DNA from: Parcubacteria group bacterium GW2011_GWA2_48_9
Lineage (GTDB): Bacteria; Patescibacteriota; Patescibacteriia; UBA10025
Reading direction: 5' to 3'
Assembly: GCA_001003705.1 (NCBI GenBank)
Contig: LCPQ01000019.1
Span: forward strand, 3,268 to 67,267
Length of the DNA stretch: 64,000 nt
Below are positions 26,606 through 36,799 of the stretch, piece after piece. Both the position numbers and the translations under genes were made by a program. The stretch's first letter is position 1; each line of letters opens with the position of its first letter. The notes under the pieces were generated by a model. It saw nothing but the letters and a program-made list of their open reading frames with translations. It ran no database searches and was not told where the DNA came from.

Positions 26606-29035
26606 ATGGATCCTAGACACAATGAACAGTTAGACAAATTTATTCGAGAACGAAAAAAACTCGGTCATGGTGACGTGCAAATTATGAGTGAATTGCGCCA
26701 GGCAGGTTGGAAGGAAGATGACATTAGTTCTCATGTAAGTGACGTACAGTCCAGCCCACAAAAAAGTGGAGTGGCCTGGTTTCAAGATGGGACACGTTAT
26801 GGCTTTATGGCTTTTTTTGCGCTCATCGCCGTTGCGGCGGTGTACTGGGTTTTATGGGATGCGGCAAGTGTACCGTGGGGAAGGACAATTACCAACGGGA
26901 GCGACGGCGTCATATATTCCCGGTCCGGTTCACTGGCCGAACAATTAGCTGCGCAATCGAGTCTTAAAAAATTTAATAACTACCGAGAGCTCGGCGCATT
27001 TCTCGAAGCGAACGCCGCTTCAGCGGATTCGGGATACGGGTACGATGCACTAGGTGTGTCGGGGTTTCGATCAGACGTGATGATTGAAGAAGCTCCTACA
27101 TCAACCCTGGGGCCACAATTCGGCCTCGGAACCGCGGAGTTGGATTCAGCTCAAAAATCGGATGATTACTCGACAACGAATATTCAAGTGGAGGGAGTAG
27201 ACGAAGCCGATATAGTGAAAACTGACGGAAAGTACGTATACGTCGTATCAAAGCAGAACGTGTTCATTGTCGACGCATTCCCCGCAGACAGTGCGAAGAT
27301 CCTCTCCACGATTGTCTTGGAATCTACGCCACAAGACATTTTTATTAATGGCGACTCGCTGATTATCTACGGCCAGGACGATCTTATCTATGAACAGCCG
27401 GTGTATGACCTCTTGCCGCGCCCATCGTCCTCATACACGTTTCTGAAAGTATTTGACGTATCAGATCCAGTGAATCCGACACAGGAACGCGACCTGGAAT
27501 TCGAGGGGTGGGCGACCAATGCACGGATGATCGGTGACTACGTCTATTTTGTTACATCAAATAGTGCCATCTATTACGACGATGCTCCGGTACCATTGAT
27601 TCTCGAAGATGGTAAAGCATTGTCGACTGAACCCGGCGTAGCCAGATGCAATTGCCCCGATGTTTGGTACATTGACGCGCCATATCAGAGTTATGCGTTT
27701 ACCTCCGTTGCTGCTATTAATGTGAAGGACAATGCCGAGGCGGTAGCGAGTGATGTCTATTTGACGAATTCCGCCGAGAACCTCTATATGTCGCAGGAAA
27801 ATCTCTACCTTGTCTACACAAAGTATGTCAGCGAATGGCAGCTGATGTATGAATCAATGAGAGAGGTAGCGGTGCCGATGCTGAGCGCTAAAGACCAGGA
27901 TCGCATTCGCGAGATAGATGCCGCGTCATCGACGCTTCTCAACGATGAGGAGAAACAGTCAAAAGTATACGAAATTATCGGCAGATATCTGGAGTCACTT
28001 TCAGAATCAGGCCAAGAAACGATCCAAAATCAAGTTGACGAGAAGCTACGCCAGAAATACACAGATATTTCAAAAGAGCTGGAAAAGACCGTTATCCATA
28101 AAATTTCGGTAGATGGCTCGAAATTGAATTACGAAGGCAGTGGGGAAGTTACCGGCCACGTCCTGAATCAGTTTTCCATGGACGAACGCGACGGGTATTT
28201 CCGAATTGCTACCACGAGAGGCCAGACATGGATGTGGCTTGGGACCGATGAAGCTTCACAAAAATCATACAGCAATGTCTATGTTCTTGATGGAGATTTA
28301 AATGTGGTCGGAAAAGTTGAAGGACTCGCAGAGGATGAACAAATTTACTCTGCGCGGTTCATGCAGGGACGAGTTTACCTCGTAACCTTTAGGCAGGTGG
28401 ATCCGCTGTTTGTCATCGATCTGAAAGATCCACGCAATCCGCAGGTTATCGGCCAGCTCAAGGTCCCGGGTTTCTCTTCATATCTCCATCCGTACGATGA
28501 CCAATATCTCATAGGATTCGGAAAGCAGGCTGATACTGACGGACGCGTGAAGGGCTTGAAAGTATCGCTTTTTGATGTGTCAGACCCGGACTCCATGCGT
28601 GAAGTCGATACCTATGAGATGGGTGACGCCGGCAGCACTTCGTACGCGCTTGACGACCATAAGGCATTTCTCTTTTCAAAAGAGAAAAACCTTTTGGTGG
28701 TCCCAGTCGTGCTATATGAAAGCGCTGGTGACAATATCTATGGGTCCGTCACGAAGAGCAGCGCGATGGTGTTTAGCGTAACGCCCGAAGGAATCGAATT
28801 GAAAGGGCAAATAGACCATTCTGACGGGACCGCTGATGACAATAACCGCGTGTACTGGTATGGATACGATTATTACGACACGACGGTGAAACGAAGCTTA
28901 TATATCGAAAATACACTCTATACACTATCAGATAAGTATCTGAAGATGCATGGGCTTGGTGATTTAGGTGAAACGAAATCTCTCACGCTTACAGCGTCAG
29001 GAGATGATTATACAATTATTAAGCCCAGCCGGTAA
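26606..29035 (+). CDS. large exported protein with beta-propeller-like domain (PF09826-like)
   Basis: N-terminal TM after a cytoplasmic segment, long beta-rich ectodomain. Family assignment rests on overall pattern only. Confidence 0.4.
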   Translation: MDPRHNEQLDKFIRERKKLGHGDVQIMSELRQAGWKEDDISSHVSDVQSSPQKSGVAWFQDGTRYGFMAFFALIAVAAVYWVLWDAASVPWGRTITNGSDGVIYSRSGSLAEQLAAQSSLKKFNNYRELGAFLEANAASADSGYGYDALGVSGFRSDVMIEEAPTSTLGPQFGLGTAELDSAQKSDDYSTTNIQVEGVDEADIVKTDGKYVYVVSKQNVFIVDAFPADSAKILSTIVLESTPQDIFINGDSLIIYGQDDLIYEQPVYDLLPRPSSSYTFLKVFDVSDPVNPTQERDLEFEGWATNARMIGDYVYFVTSNSAIYYDDAPVPLILEDGKALSTEPGVARCNCPDVWYIDAPYQSYAFTSVAAINVKDNAEAVASDVYLTNSAENLYMSQENLYLVYTKYVSEWQLMYESMREVAVPMLSAKDQDRIREIDAASSTLLNDEEKQSKVYEIIGRYLESLSESGQETIQNQVDEKLRQKYTDISKELEKTVIHKISVDGSKLNYEGSGEVTGHVLNQFSMDERDGYFRIATTRGQTWMWLGTDEASQKSYSNVYVLDGDLNVVGKVEGLAEDEQIYSARFMQGRVYLVTFRQVDPLFVIDLKDPRNPQVIGQLKVPGFSSYLHPYDDQYLIGFGKQADTDGRVKGLKVSLFDVSDPDSMREVDTYEMGDAGSTSYALDDHKAFLFSKEKNLLVVPVVLYESAGDNIYGSVTKSSAMVFSVTPEGIELKGQIDHSDGTADDNNRVYWYGYDYYDTTVKRSLYIENTLYTLSDKYLKMHGLGDLGETKSLTLTASGDDYTIIKPSR

Positions 29036-29181
29036 GTAGTTGACGAGGTAACGAATTGCGAATTAGCGAGTTGGTTTGTTGGAAAAAAAATCTTAGCCAT
29101 CGGCCCTGAGGGGCATCAGGCCCTGAACGGGAGCGGAGAGCGGGTCACTTCTACCCGACTTTAGCCGAGGGTTGAGCAAGT

Positions 29182-29943
29182 CTACGAGTTTGGCGGGTTG
29201 AGCGAGTTAGTCGGTTCGGACGCGGTGGCGCTCTGTGCTGACATGGCAGTACGTCTTTTCACTATCGCTCTCCAGATCCGGTAAAGAGTGCCCAAACCGG
29301 CACTCACCGCGAAGAACATCCACAAGTACTGAAGTGGCGAACCCTGGATATCAGTTCCCAGATTCCATGAGTGAATAAACACGAGGATGAACACGGCGTA
29401 GTTCGCATAGTGGAGTTTTTTCCATCGCTTTTGAAGCCAGGGGAGACGCATGAGAAGCGCCGTAGTGACGGTGACGATGAGCAAGAGCAACGCAGTCACA
29501 CCCAATAAGACAAAGATTTTTTTGTTCGGGCCAACAAACTCATACTTCAAATATGTCACCGCCCCCAATGACCCGATGAGGAGAACGGGATGTATCAGGG
29601 CGAAGATGAATGCAAAAATCCCCTCCAGACGATGGAAACGCCCGATTCCCGGGAATATTTTTTTGATAAGGGGTTTGCACGTTCCAATAATGATTTGTCC
29701 CCAGACGAGGGTAAACGCGTACAGTCCGAAGAAGGGGAATATCAGGTGCAGGAGTTGCTTGACTGTAACGCCTTCAATAAATCCTATCCCTCCGCGCTCT
29801 GAAAAGAATATGTACCCGGGGGAAATGAGAATGCAGATTGTCACGGTGATGATGAGGAAACGCGAGAGAAATTTTCCAGCTGGCGCGCTTGCGGGTTGTA
29901 ATGACGTTGATTCCATAGTATTCGTAGAGAGTGCGCGGGTCAT
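29182..29943 (-). CDS. ferric-reductase-like transmembrane domain protein (putative di-heme b membrane protein, MsrQ/YedZ-like)
   Basis: Two His-x13-His pairs inside TM helices (HRLEGIFAFIFALIH, HYANYAVFILVFIH). Confidence 0.5.
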   Translation of the reverse strand: MTRALSTNTMESTSLQPASAPAGKFLSRFLIITVTICILISPGYIFFSERGGIGFIEGVTVKQLLHLIFPFFGLYAFTLVWGQIIIGTCKPLIKKIFPGIGRFHRLEGIFAFIFALIHPVLLIGSLGAVTYLKYEFVGPNKKIFVLLGVTALLLLIVTVTTALLMRLPWLQKRWKKLHYANYAVFILVFIHSWNLGTDIQGSPLQYLWMFFAVSAGLGTLYRIWRAIVKRRTAMSAQSATASEPTNSLNPPNS

Positions 29944-29952
29944 GTACGTGCC

Positions 29953-30459
29953 CTAGCCCTTAAGTACTGAATGGTAGATTCGTTCAGACTCTTCAGAAAA
30001 AACAATAAATCGTATTTCATCGAAGCAGTCATTTTGAGCGACAAACGCATTCACGGTTTGTACGGCGATTTCTGCGGCCTCCTGCTTCGGAAAACCATAT
30101 GCACCCGTAGAAATGGCCGGAAAGGCGATAGTTTTTATCTCATGCTTTTTTGCAAGCCCCAGGCAACTTCTATAACAGTCGGCGAGTAGCGCAGCTTCAT
30201 TGGATTTACCTGCCTGCCACACGGGACCGACAGCATGAATGACATATTTTGCGGGAAGATTGTGTCCCTTTGTAATTTTCGCTTCACCAGTCCTGCAACC
30301 ACCTAGCAGGCTGCATTCCTCCAGCAGCTTTGGCCCAGCGGCACGATGAATGGCGCCATCTATCCCTCCGCCGCCCAGAAGTGAGGTATTTGCAGCGTTG
30401 ACGATTGCGTCTACGTGTTCTTTTGTGATATCACCCCTAACGATAGTGAGATTGGTCAT
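29953..30459 (-). CDS. macro-domain protein (O-acetyl-ADP-ribose deacetylase, YmdB-like)
   Basis: VRGDITKEHVDAIVNAANTSLLGGGGIDGAIHRAAGP...AFPAISTGAYGFP are canonical macro-domain motifs. Confidence 0.85.
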   Translation of the reverse strand: MTNLTIVRGDITKEHVDAIVNAANTSLLGGGGIDGAIHRAAGPKLLEECSLLGGCRTGEAKITKGHNLPAKYVIHAVGPVWQAGKSNEAALLADCYRSCLGLAKKHEIKTIAFPAISTGAYGFPKQEAAEIAVQTVNAFVAQNDCFDEIRFIVFSEESERIYHSVLKG

Positions 30460-30476
30460 GTTTCTTCGAATGTATC

Positions 30477-32273
30477 TTACGCCGTTGCAGTGGTTTCTCG
30501 CAAGTTTTTTTCCGAAGAGCTACCTTGTTCATGCTTGCTGGCGATCTGTTCCCTCCAGAGTGCTGCGTAGAGTCCCGCACGATTAATAAGTTCGGTATGC
30601 GTTCCTTGCTCGGTGATTTTTCCTTTTTCCAGAACATAGATACGGTCAGCATGAGCGACGGTAGAAAGCCTGTGCGCAACAAGAATAGTCATCAACGTGG
30701 GGCGCGATTTTTCCACGCGCTGAATTGTTTCAGTAATGGCCTTTTCAGTAATGGAGTCCAAGCTACTTGTCGCCTCGTCAAAAATAATCAGGTCGGGTTT
30801 TCGGAGGATCGCTCGCGCTATTGCCAAGCGCTGACGTTCTCCTCCTGAGAGTTTGATGCCACCTTCGCCGATAACTGTGTTTAATCCTTTACCGCCCCGC
30901 TCGAGAATATTGCTCGCTGAAGCGGCTTCGAGTGCCGCGGAGCATTCCGTATCTCTCGCGCTCGGGTTAACAAAAAGCAAGTTTTCCCTAATAGTTCCTG
31001 CGAAGAGTTGGGTGTCTTGCGAGACGAGGCCGATGCGACGACGGAAAACTTCGAGATCGATATCCCGGATATCTACACCGTTAAACGTGATCATTCCCGA
31101 CGACGGTTTATATAAGCCTGCGATCAGTTTAACAATGGTTGTTTTGCCAGATCCCGATGGTCCTACAAACGCAATAGTTTCTCCCGCATTGGCCGTTAAG
31201 TCTACCTTATCGAGAGCTGCTTTATCGGATGCAGCGTATTGGAATACAACGTTTGAAAAAATAAGCGATTCGAGCACTCCGACTTCTTTTGGATGATCTG
31301 GCATTGTTTCAGGTCGTATCCGGAGTATTTCCTCCAATTGTTCACTGCTCGCCCTCGCTTCCTGATATTGGGTAGAAATCGTTGCAATTTCGGATAACGG
31401 GTTAAATATGAAAAATGAATATATGTACAGGCTGAGAAATTCGCCGATAGTTATCATTCCCTGGAATACGAGCCAGAACATCAGTAAAAGCAGCCCGGAC
31501 CGCAGTCCATTGATCATGGTTCCCTGCCAGAAGCTTAGTTTCCTCATCAGGATAATTTTCTTGAGCTCAAGGTTGAGGATACGCTCGTTGACGCTATTTA
31601 ACCTTCCTATCTCCTGCTTCTCGAGCCCGAGACTTTTTACCAGCTCTACATTTCGAAGCGTTTCCGTGGTAGATCCTGCAAGTGAAGCGGTTTCTCGTAC
31701 GATTTCGCTTTGTGATCTTTTTATGCGTCTACTAATAATCAAGATTGTTACCGCGAGGATAGGCATCATGAGGAAATATGCGATTCCCACGAGCCAGTTG
31801 ACGTATACTGCGTATACCACGACGAGTAGGATCCCGAGTAGTGAGAGAAACACGACGCTGATGAGACTCTTTATCAGTCCCTGCGCGTCATTCCTGGCTT
31901 TCTGCAGTTTCTGTAAAAGTTCACCAGACCGCTGGTCCTCGAAAATGCTGTAGGGCAGTGAGAAAGAATGTTCAACGCTACGGGCGTACATGCGCGCGCC
32001 GAGGCGCTGAACAACGACGTTAACGAAGTAATCCTGAAAATTTTTCGCGATGCGCGAGATAAGTGCCGTTACGACGTATGCAAGCAAGAGAAGTACCACC
32101 CCGCGCAAAAAAACATCACGGGAAAGCACGAGTGCTTTTGTCGCGTAGTTATCGATTAGTAGCCGGAAGATCTGGGGATCGAGCAGTGAGAAAAATTGAT
32201 TGACCGCTGCAAGGGCGAGCGCACCAACCAGCGTTTTCTTGTAGTCACGGAGATATTTCCAAATAAGACGCAT
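30477..32273 (-). CDS. ABC exporter, fused permease/ATP-binding (MsbA-like)
   Basis: 6-TM N-domain plus Walker A GPSGSGKTT, signature LSGGERQR, Walker B IIFDEATSSLD. Confidence 0.85.
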   Translation of the reverse strand: MRLIWKYLRDYKKTLVGALALAAVNQFFSLLDPQIFRLLIDNYATKALVLSRDVFLRGVVLLLLAYVVTALISRIAKNFQDYFVNVVVQRLGARMYARSVEHSFSLPYSIFEDQRSGELLQKLQKARNDAQGLIKSLISVVFLSLLGILLVVVYAVYVNWLVGIAYFLMMPILAVTILIISRRIKRSQSEIVRETASLAGSTTETLRNVELVKSLGLEKQEIGRLNSVNERILNLELKKIILMRKLSFWQGTMINGLRSGLLLLMFWLVFQGMITIGEFLSLYIYSFFIFNPLSEIATISTQYQEARASSEQLEEILRIRPETMPDHPKEVGVLESLIFSNVVFQYAASDKAALDKVDLTANAGETIAFVGPSGSGKTTIVKLIAGLYKPSSGMITFNGVDIRDIDLEVFRRRIGLVSQDTQLFAGTIRENLLFVNPSARDTECSAALEAASASNILERGGKGLNTVIGEGGIKLSGGERQRLAIARAILRKPDLIIFDEATSSLDSITEKAITETIQRVEKSRPTLMTILVAHRLSTVAHADRIYVLEKGKITEQGTHTELINRAGLYAALWREQIASKHEQGSSSEKNLRETTATA

Positions 32274-32316
32274 AGTGGAGGTAGTATGTCATTTTTACAG
32301 GCTTTTATCTAGCTGA

Positions 32317-33372
32317 TTGGTTTACGCACCATTGAATATTCACCAGTACTTCTTGTATCATGTATTCATGACACCCGAATCGTATCTTCGTGAACTTCTT
32401 GCAACATGCGGAGCGTATGCACTATCCGAGCACGATCGTGAGTTGCTTATACATGATACGGAGGGGTCTATCTACACTCAGTTGGTCCGTAAGTCATTTC
32501 GCAAATGGAGTATCGATGATGAGACGCGAGAACATGTGAAAAAGGCGATTCACGCTCATTTAGCATCTGGTACGCCACTCCATTTTACTTTTCCATTTGG
32601 TGCATACAAACGCTGGAATCTCCCTTCCGCACCGTGGGTAGACTGGGCAGAAGTGTTTTCACTTGCCTATTATGCGGCGTACATGGCCCCGATCGCCGCC
32701 GCGTACGCGCCCGGCTGTGAATTTTCATTCGTTGGCGATGATGTCATTGTGCCGCGCCTGAACAACTATCCGGTAGAAGAAGTAAAAAAATGGTCTGAGT
32801 CATTTGAACAGCTTATTGAAGTTTTTCGTCGTTATCTTCCTTCGAACATGCGTTTTAGGTTGCTCCATGTCCGCGACTTTTACTCTCCGGGGGAATTTGA
32901 ACAAGAACTGGACGCAAAGTATGCGGGAGGCAAAGCAGAGTGGGATTCTTGGGATGAGGTGACTCGCCAAGCCCATATCGCAAGTTCACGGCATAATATC
33001 AAATGGAAAGGAATCCATGACTGGACAGGTTTGTCTGACGAAGAGAAGAAGGCAAAGATTCTCGAAGCGGCAATTCTTCATAACGTCTATCGCCAACTGC
33101 CGAGACGAAAAGCATTCACACGCGGTGATGACAAAATCTGCATTTTCCCGCGAAAGATTTCAAACGCCATCCCGCTCGGAACTACAAAAAATTCGTCAGT
33201 CTTTTTCTGGGTCGGAACGGGAGTACTTGAACGCCGGGGCGAAACCTGGCAGGAGCGGATCCTGTCCTATGAGCAATGGCAGGAACGGAAGCATGAACTT
33301 CGAAATACGACAGTTTCTCTCGATGGATTCCCACTAACGTCCATTCAAGTTGATTCACGGGTCGACTCGTGA
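32317..33372 (+). CDS. hypothetical protein
   Basis: No domain recognised; likely start at the internal Met (MTPESYL, 32368). Confidence 0.4.
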   Translation: MVYAPLNIHQYFLYHVFMTPESYLRELLATCGAYALSEHDRELLIHDTEGSIYTQLVRKSFRKWSIDDETREHVKKAIHAHLASGTPLHFTFPFGAYKRWNLPSAPWVDWAEVFSLAYYAAYMAPIAAAYAPGCEFSFVGDDVIVPRLNNYPVEEVKKWSESFEQLIEVFRRYLPSNMRFRLLHVRDFYSPGEFEQELDAKYAGGKAEWDSWDEVTRQAHIASSRHNIKWKGIHDWTGLSDEEKKAKILEAAILHNVYRQLPRRKAFTRGDDKICIFPRKISNAIPLGTTKNSSVFFWVGTGVLERRGETWQERILSYEQWQERKHELRNTTVSLDGFPLTSIQVDSRVDS

Positions 33373-33658
33373 GATACTGTCCATATCTATGGATCATCAA
33401 GCCGCACTCGTTCGTTATGTAAAAAGCCGTCGGAAAGACGGTGCATCAGTCGAGTTGATTATTAGTGGCCTCGTTCTTAATGGTTGGTCGTTTGCTGATG
33501 CCCAAAACGCGGTGGCGTCCGTTTTCCGTGAGCTTGCACGCAAGAGTTCACAGACACGACCGGTCATAATCATCTTTATAGTAGTATTCGCGCTTTTGGT
33601 TACTGTCCTAGTGTATGCATTAACGACAGGCAAATCACTCGACACTCTGCTCCCATAA
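33350..33658 (+). CDS. small hypothetical membrane protein
   Basis: C-terminal TM helix; may start at MDHQAAL. Confidence 0.3.
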   Translation: MIHGSTREILSISMDHQAALVRYVKSRRKDGASVELIISGLVLNGWSFADAQNAVASVFRELARKSSQTRPVIIIFIVVFALLVTVLVYALTTGKSLDTLLP

Positions 33659-33667
33659 TTGAAATAC

Positions 33668-33700
33668 CAAAAAAGACCGACTTTCTTTCGGTCTTTTTTG
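33668..33700. terminator. bidirectional rho-independent terminator (A6-AGACCGA-loop-TCGGTCT-T6)
   Basis: Perfect hairpin flanked by an A-run and a T-run between convergent genes (33658 plus, hup minus). Confidence 0.6.
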
Positions 33701-33723
33701 TTTGTTGGTTTTGAAAACCAGGT

Positions 33724-34008
33724 TTAGAGGACGGTGTCCTTCACAACCTTGGCAACCCGGAACTTCACGACCGTCTTGGCTGGGATCTGAATCGTCTGCC
33801 CAGTCGCTGGGTTGCGGCCTTGACGCGCGGCTCGGTGCTTTTTGACAAGCTTACCGAAACCGGGGAGGCTGAACTCTCCCGAAGTCTTGACCTCGCTGTA
33901 GGCCATTTGGGCCACTGTATCAAGGAAGTTTGCGACATCCTTGCGGGACATTCCCGTCTTTTCAGCGAGGCTCCCTATAAGCTGGGACTTACTCATTCCT
34001 TTTGCCAT
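33724..34008 (-). CDS. hup: HU family DNA-binding protein
   Basis: MAKGMSKSQLIGSLAEKTGMSRKDV...RNPATGQTIQIPAKTVVKFRVAK is the canonical HU/IHF fold sequence. Confidence 0.9.
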   Translation of the reverse strand: MAKGMSKSQLIGSLAEKTGMSRKDVANFLDTVAQMAYSEVKTSGEFSLPGFGKLVKKHRAARQGRNPATGQTIQIPAKTVVKFRVAKVVKDTVL

Positions 34009-34200
34009 AGAGCCTTTTGCAGGTTACTTTATAAATCCAGCTGGAAGTATAGCAAATACGGGGGAAATGTGAAAGGAGGGGTCAAAAATCGAGATTTCCA
34101 TAGGGTACTTTGGCTGGTCAAGTATGCGATTTATTAACAAATCAGGTAAGCGTCGCCTACTTAGACCGTTTTCTGCCCGGGCCGTGATATACTGATTATT

Positions 34201-34899
34201 ATGGAAAAACAATCGATTTTCTCACAATCAGTGGTATTTCGAATGTGGCGTGGGAGCATCGTGTTGGCAATGGGATGCTTCGCGGTCTTGTCGGTATATG
34301 TTTACATCTATGATGGTGTGATGACTTTAGCCACGGTGAGCAAAGCCGTGGCGGGAACGGCAGCGCTGATGATTGGCGCTTCATTTGTCATGAGCGGATT
34401 TGCTTATTATTTTGATTTTCTTGATACAAAAATCGGCTATCGGAAATACTTCGGTCTCGTCGGATTCTGGCTCGCGCTTCTCTATAGTGTCATGCTGCTT
34501 TTTATCGATCCCGACAGGTACTTCTATGGTTTTTTTGAGAATATCGGGACCGCAGATTTCATTTTTGGATTGTCATCTATGGCAATTCTCACTGTAATGG
34601 CAATCATATCAAACGCACCGATGATGCGTTGGCTAGGAACACAGAGGTGGCGACAACTTCTCCGGCTAGGCTATCTTGCGTATACTCTATTGATTGTTCG
34701 CGCGATTGCCGTAGAATGGGATAGTTGGAGTGAATGGTGGCGTGATCCGAACGGCTTGCCACCGCCACGACTAGCGATATCAGTTATAGCAACGCTCATT
34801 ATTCTGTTTCGAGGATCTATGATAGTCGTTTCATGGAATAGGCGCCGCTCTAAACCGTCCGGCACTACCCCGGTTGTTACACCGATCAGCACTTCATAA
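34201..34899 (+). CDS. hypothetical polytopic membrane protein (ferric-reductase-TM-like topology, lacks the His ligands)
   Basis: 6 TM helices; RWLGTQRWRQLLRLGYLAYTLL resembles Ferric_reduct helix 3 but the conserved His pairs are absent. Confidence 0.4.
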   Translation: MEKQSIFSQSVVFRMWRGSIVLAMGCFAVLSVYVYIYDGVMTLATVSKAVAGTAALMIGASFVMSGFAYYFDFLDTKIGYRKYFGLVGFWLALLYSVMLLFIDPDRYFYGFFENIGTADFIFGLSSMAILTVMAIISNAPMMRWLGTQRWRQLLRLGYLAYTLLIVRAIAVEWDSWSEWWRDPNGLPPPRLAISVIATLIILFRGSMIVVSWNRRRSKPSGTTPVVTPISTS

Positions 34900-34997
34900 A
34901 CACTAAGCGCACGTATATGAATAAGAAACGAAAAGTCGCGATAAAAAAGCATCGCAAAAAAGCAAAGAAACAGATTTTTTCTCTGCGCCATCGTTAG

Positions 34998-36200
34998 ATG
35001 AGGAAGGTATTCGCAATCTGTATTCTTCTTTGGGCTACCGTGTTTGTTGCTGCTCCCGTGAGAGCGGCGGTTATCGACCATACCGCCGGCATGATTGTGT
35101 TGCAAATAGAATCGCACGGTGAAGCATGGTACGTAGATCCTGTTTTGAGACAGCGGATCTATCTAGGGCGGCCGACAGACGCCTTTGATATCATGCGGGA
35201 ACGCGGACTGGGCATCACAAATACAGACCTGGCGCAAATCCCGGTGGCTGGCAGCACGGAGCCCGGCAATGTGGGGATGCGCTTACGGCTCGCGGGGCGG
35301 ATTCTCCTACAAGTCGAAGAGAACGGTGAAGCGTGGTATGTGTATCCAAAGGATACCCATCGATACTATTTGGGCCGTCCGGATGATGCATTCCAGATAA
35401 TGAAAAGTCTCGGCCTTGGTATTTCAAACGCAAACTTAGCACTGATTTCAGCCGTCGGCGCTCCGTTGAATACTTACGAACACCGCATCATTGATACTGC
35501 ACGCGGCAGTTTTGGTATCCATATCACTACGATTGACCTTTCGAATTCCCTTCTCGAGGTCGTGACGGACACAGCCAATGAATCAAATTGTACTGATAAC
35601 TGTCCGGCTAAATCACTCGCAGACTATATTCAAACCCACCAGGGGATTGCTGGAATGCACGGTACCTATTTTTGTCCGCCTGATTATGCCGCCTGCGCGA
35701 ATGAGACAAATTCATATCTGTGGCCAGTGTATAATTCCCGAATTAATCGTTTTATTAACGAAGAGCGCCTGGCGTATACCACCGGTCCCATCATGATTTT
35801 CGATACGAACAACACGCCGTATTTCTTTTACCGCACAAATGACTTCTGGAGTGTTGAACAGTTTGAATCACGATACAGTACGAAAATCCAGGCAGCAATA
35901 TCGAATGGTCCGGCACTTATTTTAAATGGGACGAACGTTGTCAATCTCGAACCCATGGATGATAAGCAGAGAAATACGAAAGGGAACCGCGGAGGCATCG
36001 GTGTCAAAGGACTGACACTCTATATGGTTATCGCCCAGAGCACTACAGTGCCCGATTTGGCAGCCATATTCGAGGCATTAGACGTAGATCACGCCATGAA
36101 TTTAGATGGCGGGGGAACTAGCGCCATGTATTTTGACGGCGCGTACCAGGTAGGGCCGGGGAGACTACTGCCAAACGCATTTTTAGTGCACGCGAGATGA
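34998..36200 (+). CDS. phosphodiester glycosidase (DUF2233/NAGPA-like) family protein with two N-terminal about 55-aa tandem repeats
   Basis: Signal peptide. Repeats GEAWYV.P...R.YLGRP.DAF.IM...GLGI.N..LA.I occur twice. C-terminal GGIGVKGLTLYMVIAQ...DVDHAMNLDGGGTSAMYFDG matches phosphodiester glycosidase. Confidence 0.6.
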   Translation: MRKVFAICILLWATVFVAAPVRAAVIDHTAGMIVLQIESHGEAWYVDPVLRQRIYLGRPTDAFDIMRERGLGITNTDLAQIPVAGSTEPGNVGMRLRLAGRILLQVEENGEAWYVYPKDTHRYYLGRPDDAFQIMKSLGLGISNANLALISAVGAPLNTYEHRIIDTARGSFGIHITTIDLSNSLLEVVTDTANESNCTDNCPAKSLADYIQTHQGIAGMHGTYFCPPDYAACANETNSYLWPVYNSRINRFINEERLAYTTGPIMIFDTNNTPYFFYRTNDFWSVEQFESRYSTKIQAAISNGPALILNGTNVVNLEPMDDKQRNTKGNRGGIGVKGLTLYMVIAQSTTVPDLAAIFEALDVDHAMNLDGGGTSAMYFDGAYQVGPGRLLPNAFLVHAR

Positions 36201-36277
36201 CCCTCACCGTCGGCTGGATATCGTTCATCGGCCGTTTTGCGTTACGTGGTAAATTGACAAATACGGATAAGAAACAT

Positions 36278-36301
36278 CCGGCTCCTCCCCCCTGGAGCCG
36301 G
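36278..36301. terminator. GC-rich hairpin (CCGGCTCC-loop-GGAGCCGG) between convergent genes; no U-tract
   Basis: Perfect 8-bp stem. A second hairpin GTCGGATT-cccc-AATCCGAC lies at 36317-36336. Confidence 0.3.
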
Positions 36302-36339
36302 ATGTATTGCCACCACGTCGGATTCCCCAATCCGACATT

Positions 36340-36516
36340 TCACACTGCGCCGGTTTTCCCGGCAAACTCATGACGAGTTCCAAGCTTCCAATATAGGTAG
36401 AAGAACACTATCTGGATTGTCCATGGAATAGCCATGACAGTCCAGAAAACAAGTAAGCCCACCATCATGATTGGATAGCCGATCACCACCAAAAGGCAAA
36501 CAACCCAGAAACGCAT
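36340..36516 (-). CDS. unannotated small Trp-rich membrane protein (58 aa)
   Basis: ATG preceded by strong SD AAGGAGGGA (plus-strand TCCCTCCTT at 36521-36529). Translation MRFWVVCLLVVIGYPIMMVGLLVFWTVMAIPWTIQIVFFYLYWKLGTRHEFAGKTGAV has two TM helices. Below the 60-aa ORF-track cutoff. Confidence 0.4.
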   Translation of the reverse strand: MRFWVVCLLVVIGYPIMMVGLLVFWTVMAIPWTIQIVFFYLYWKLGTRHEFAGKTGAV

Positions 36517-36799
36517 TTGAGTCCCTCCTTAGGTACGGAGCAGTTTTATTACTTACATTTTACTCCCAACACAATTTTGCTAAAAGTGGATAAGTCCGTA
36601 AATGTAGGAGAGTTCGTCGACGAGAACTCGCGAACCAATTTTTGGTGCGCGCAAGGCACGAGATTCTTCAATTTCGCCCCGCGACAGCGGGGCTTCGCTC
36701 AGGATGACAAATAAGAAAGATCGACACTATACATGTCATCACAGGCAGGGACGCCCGTGCTGTACGTTTAAATCCCGTTTTGCTACACTGTTCACGCTT

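Noticed and set aside
36517-36714. 65-aa plus-strand ORF upstream of ispH
   Set aside because: No RBS, odd composition, and it overlaps the SD and start of the minus-strand small ORF; probably noncoding leader.
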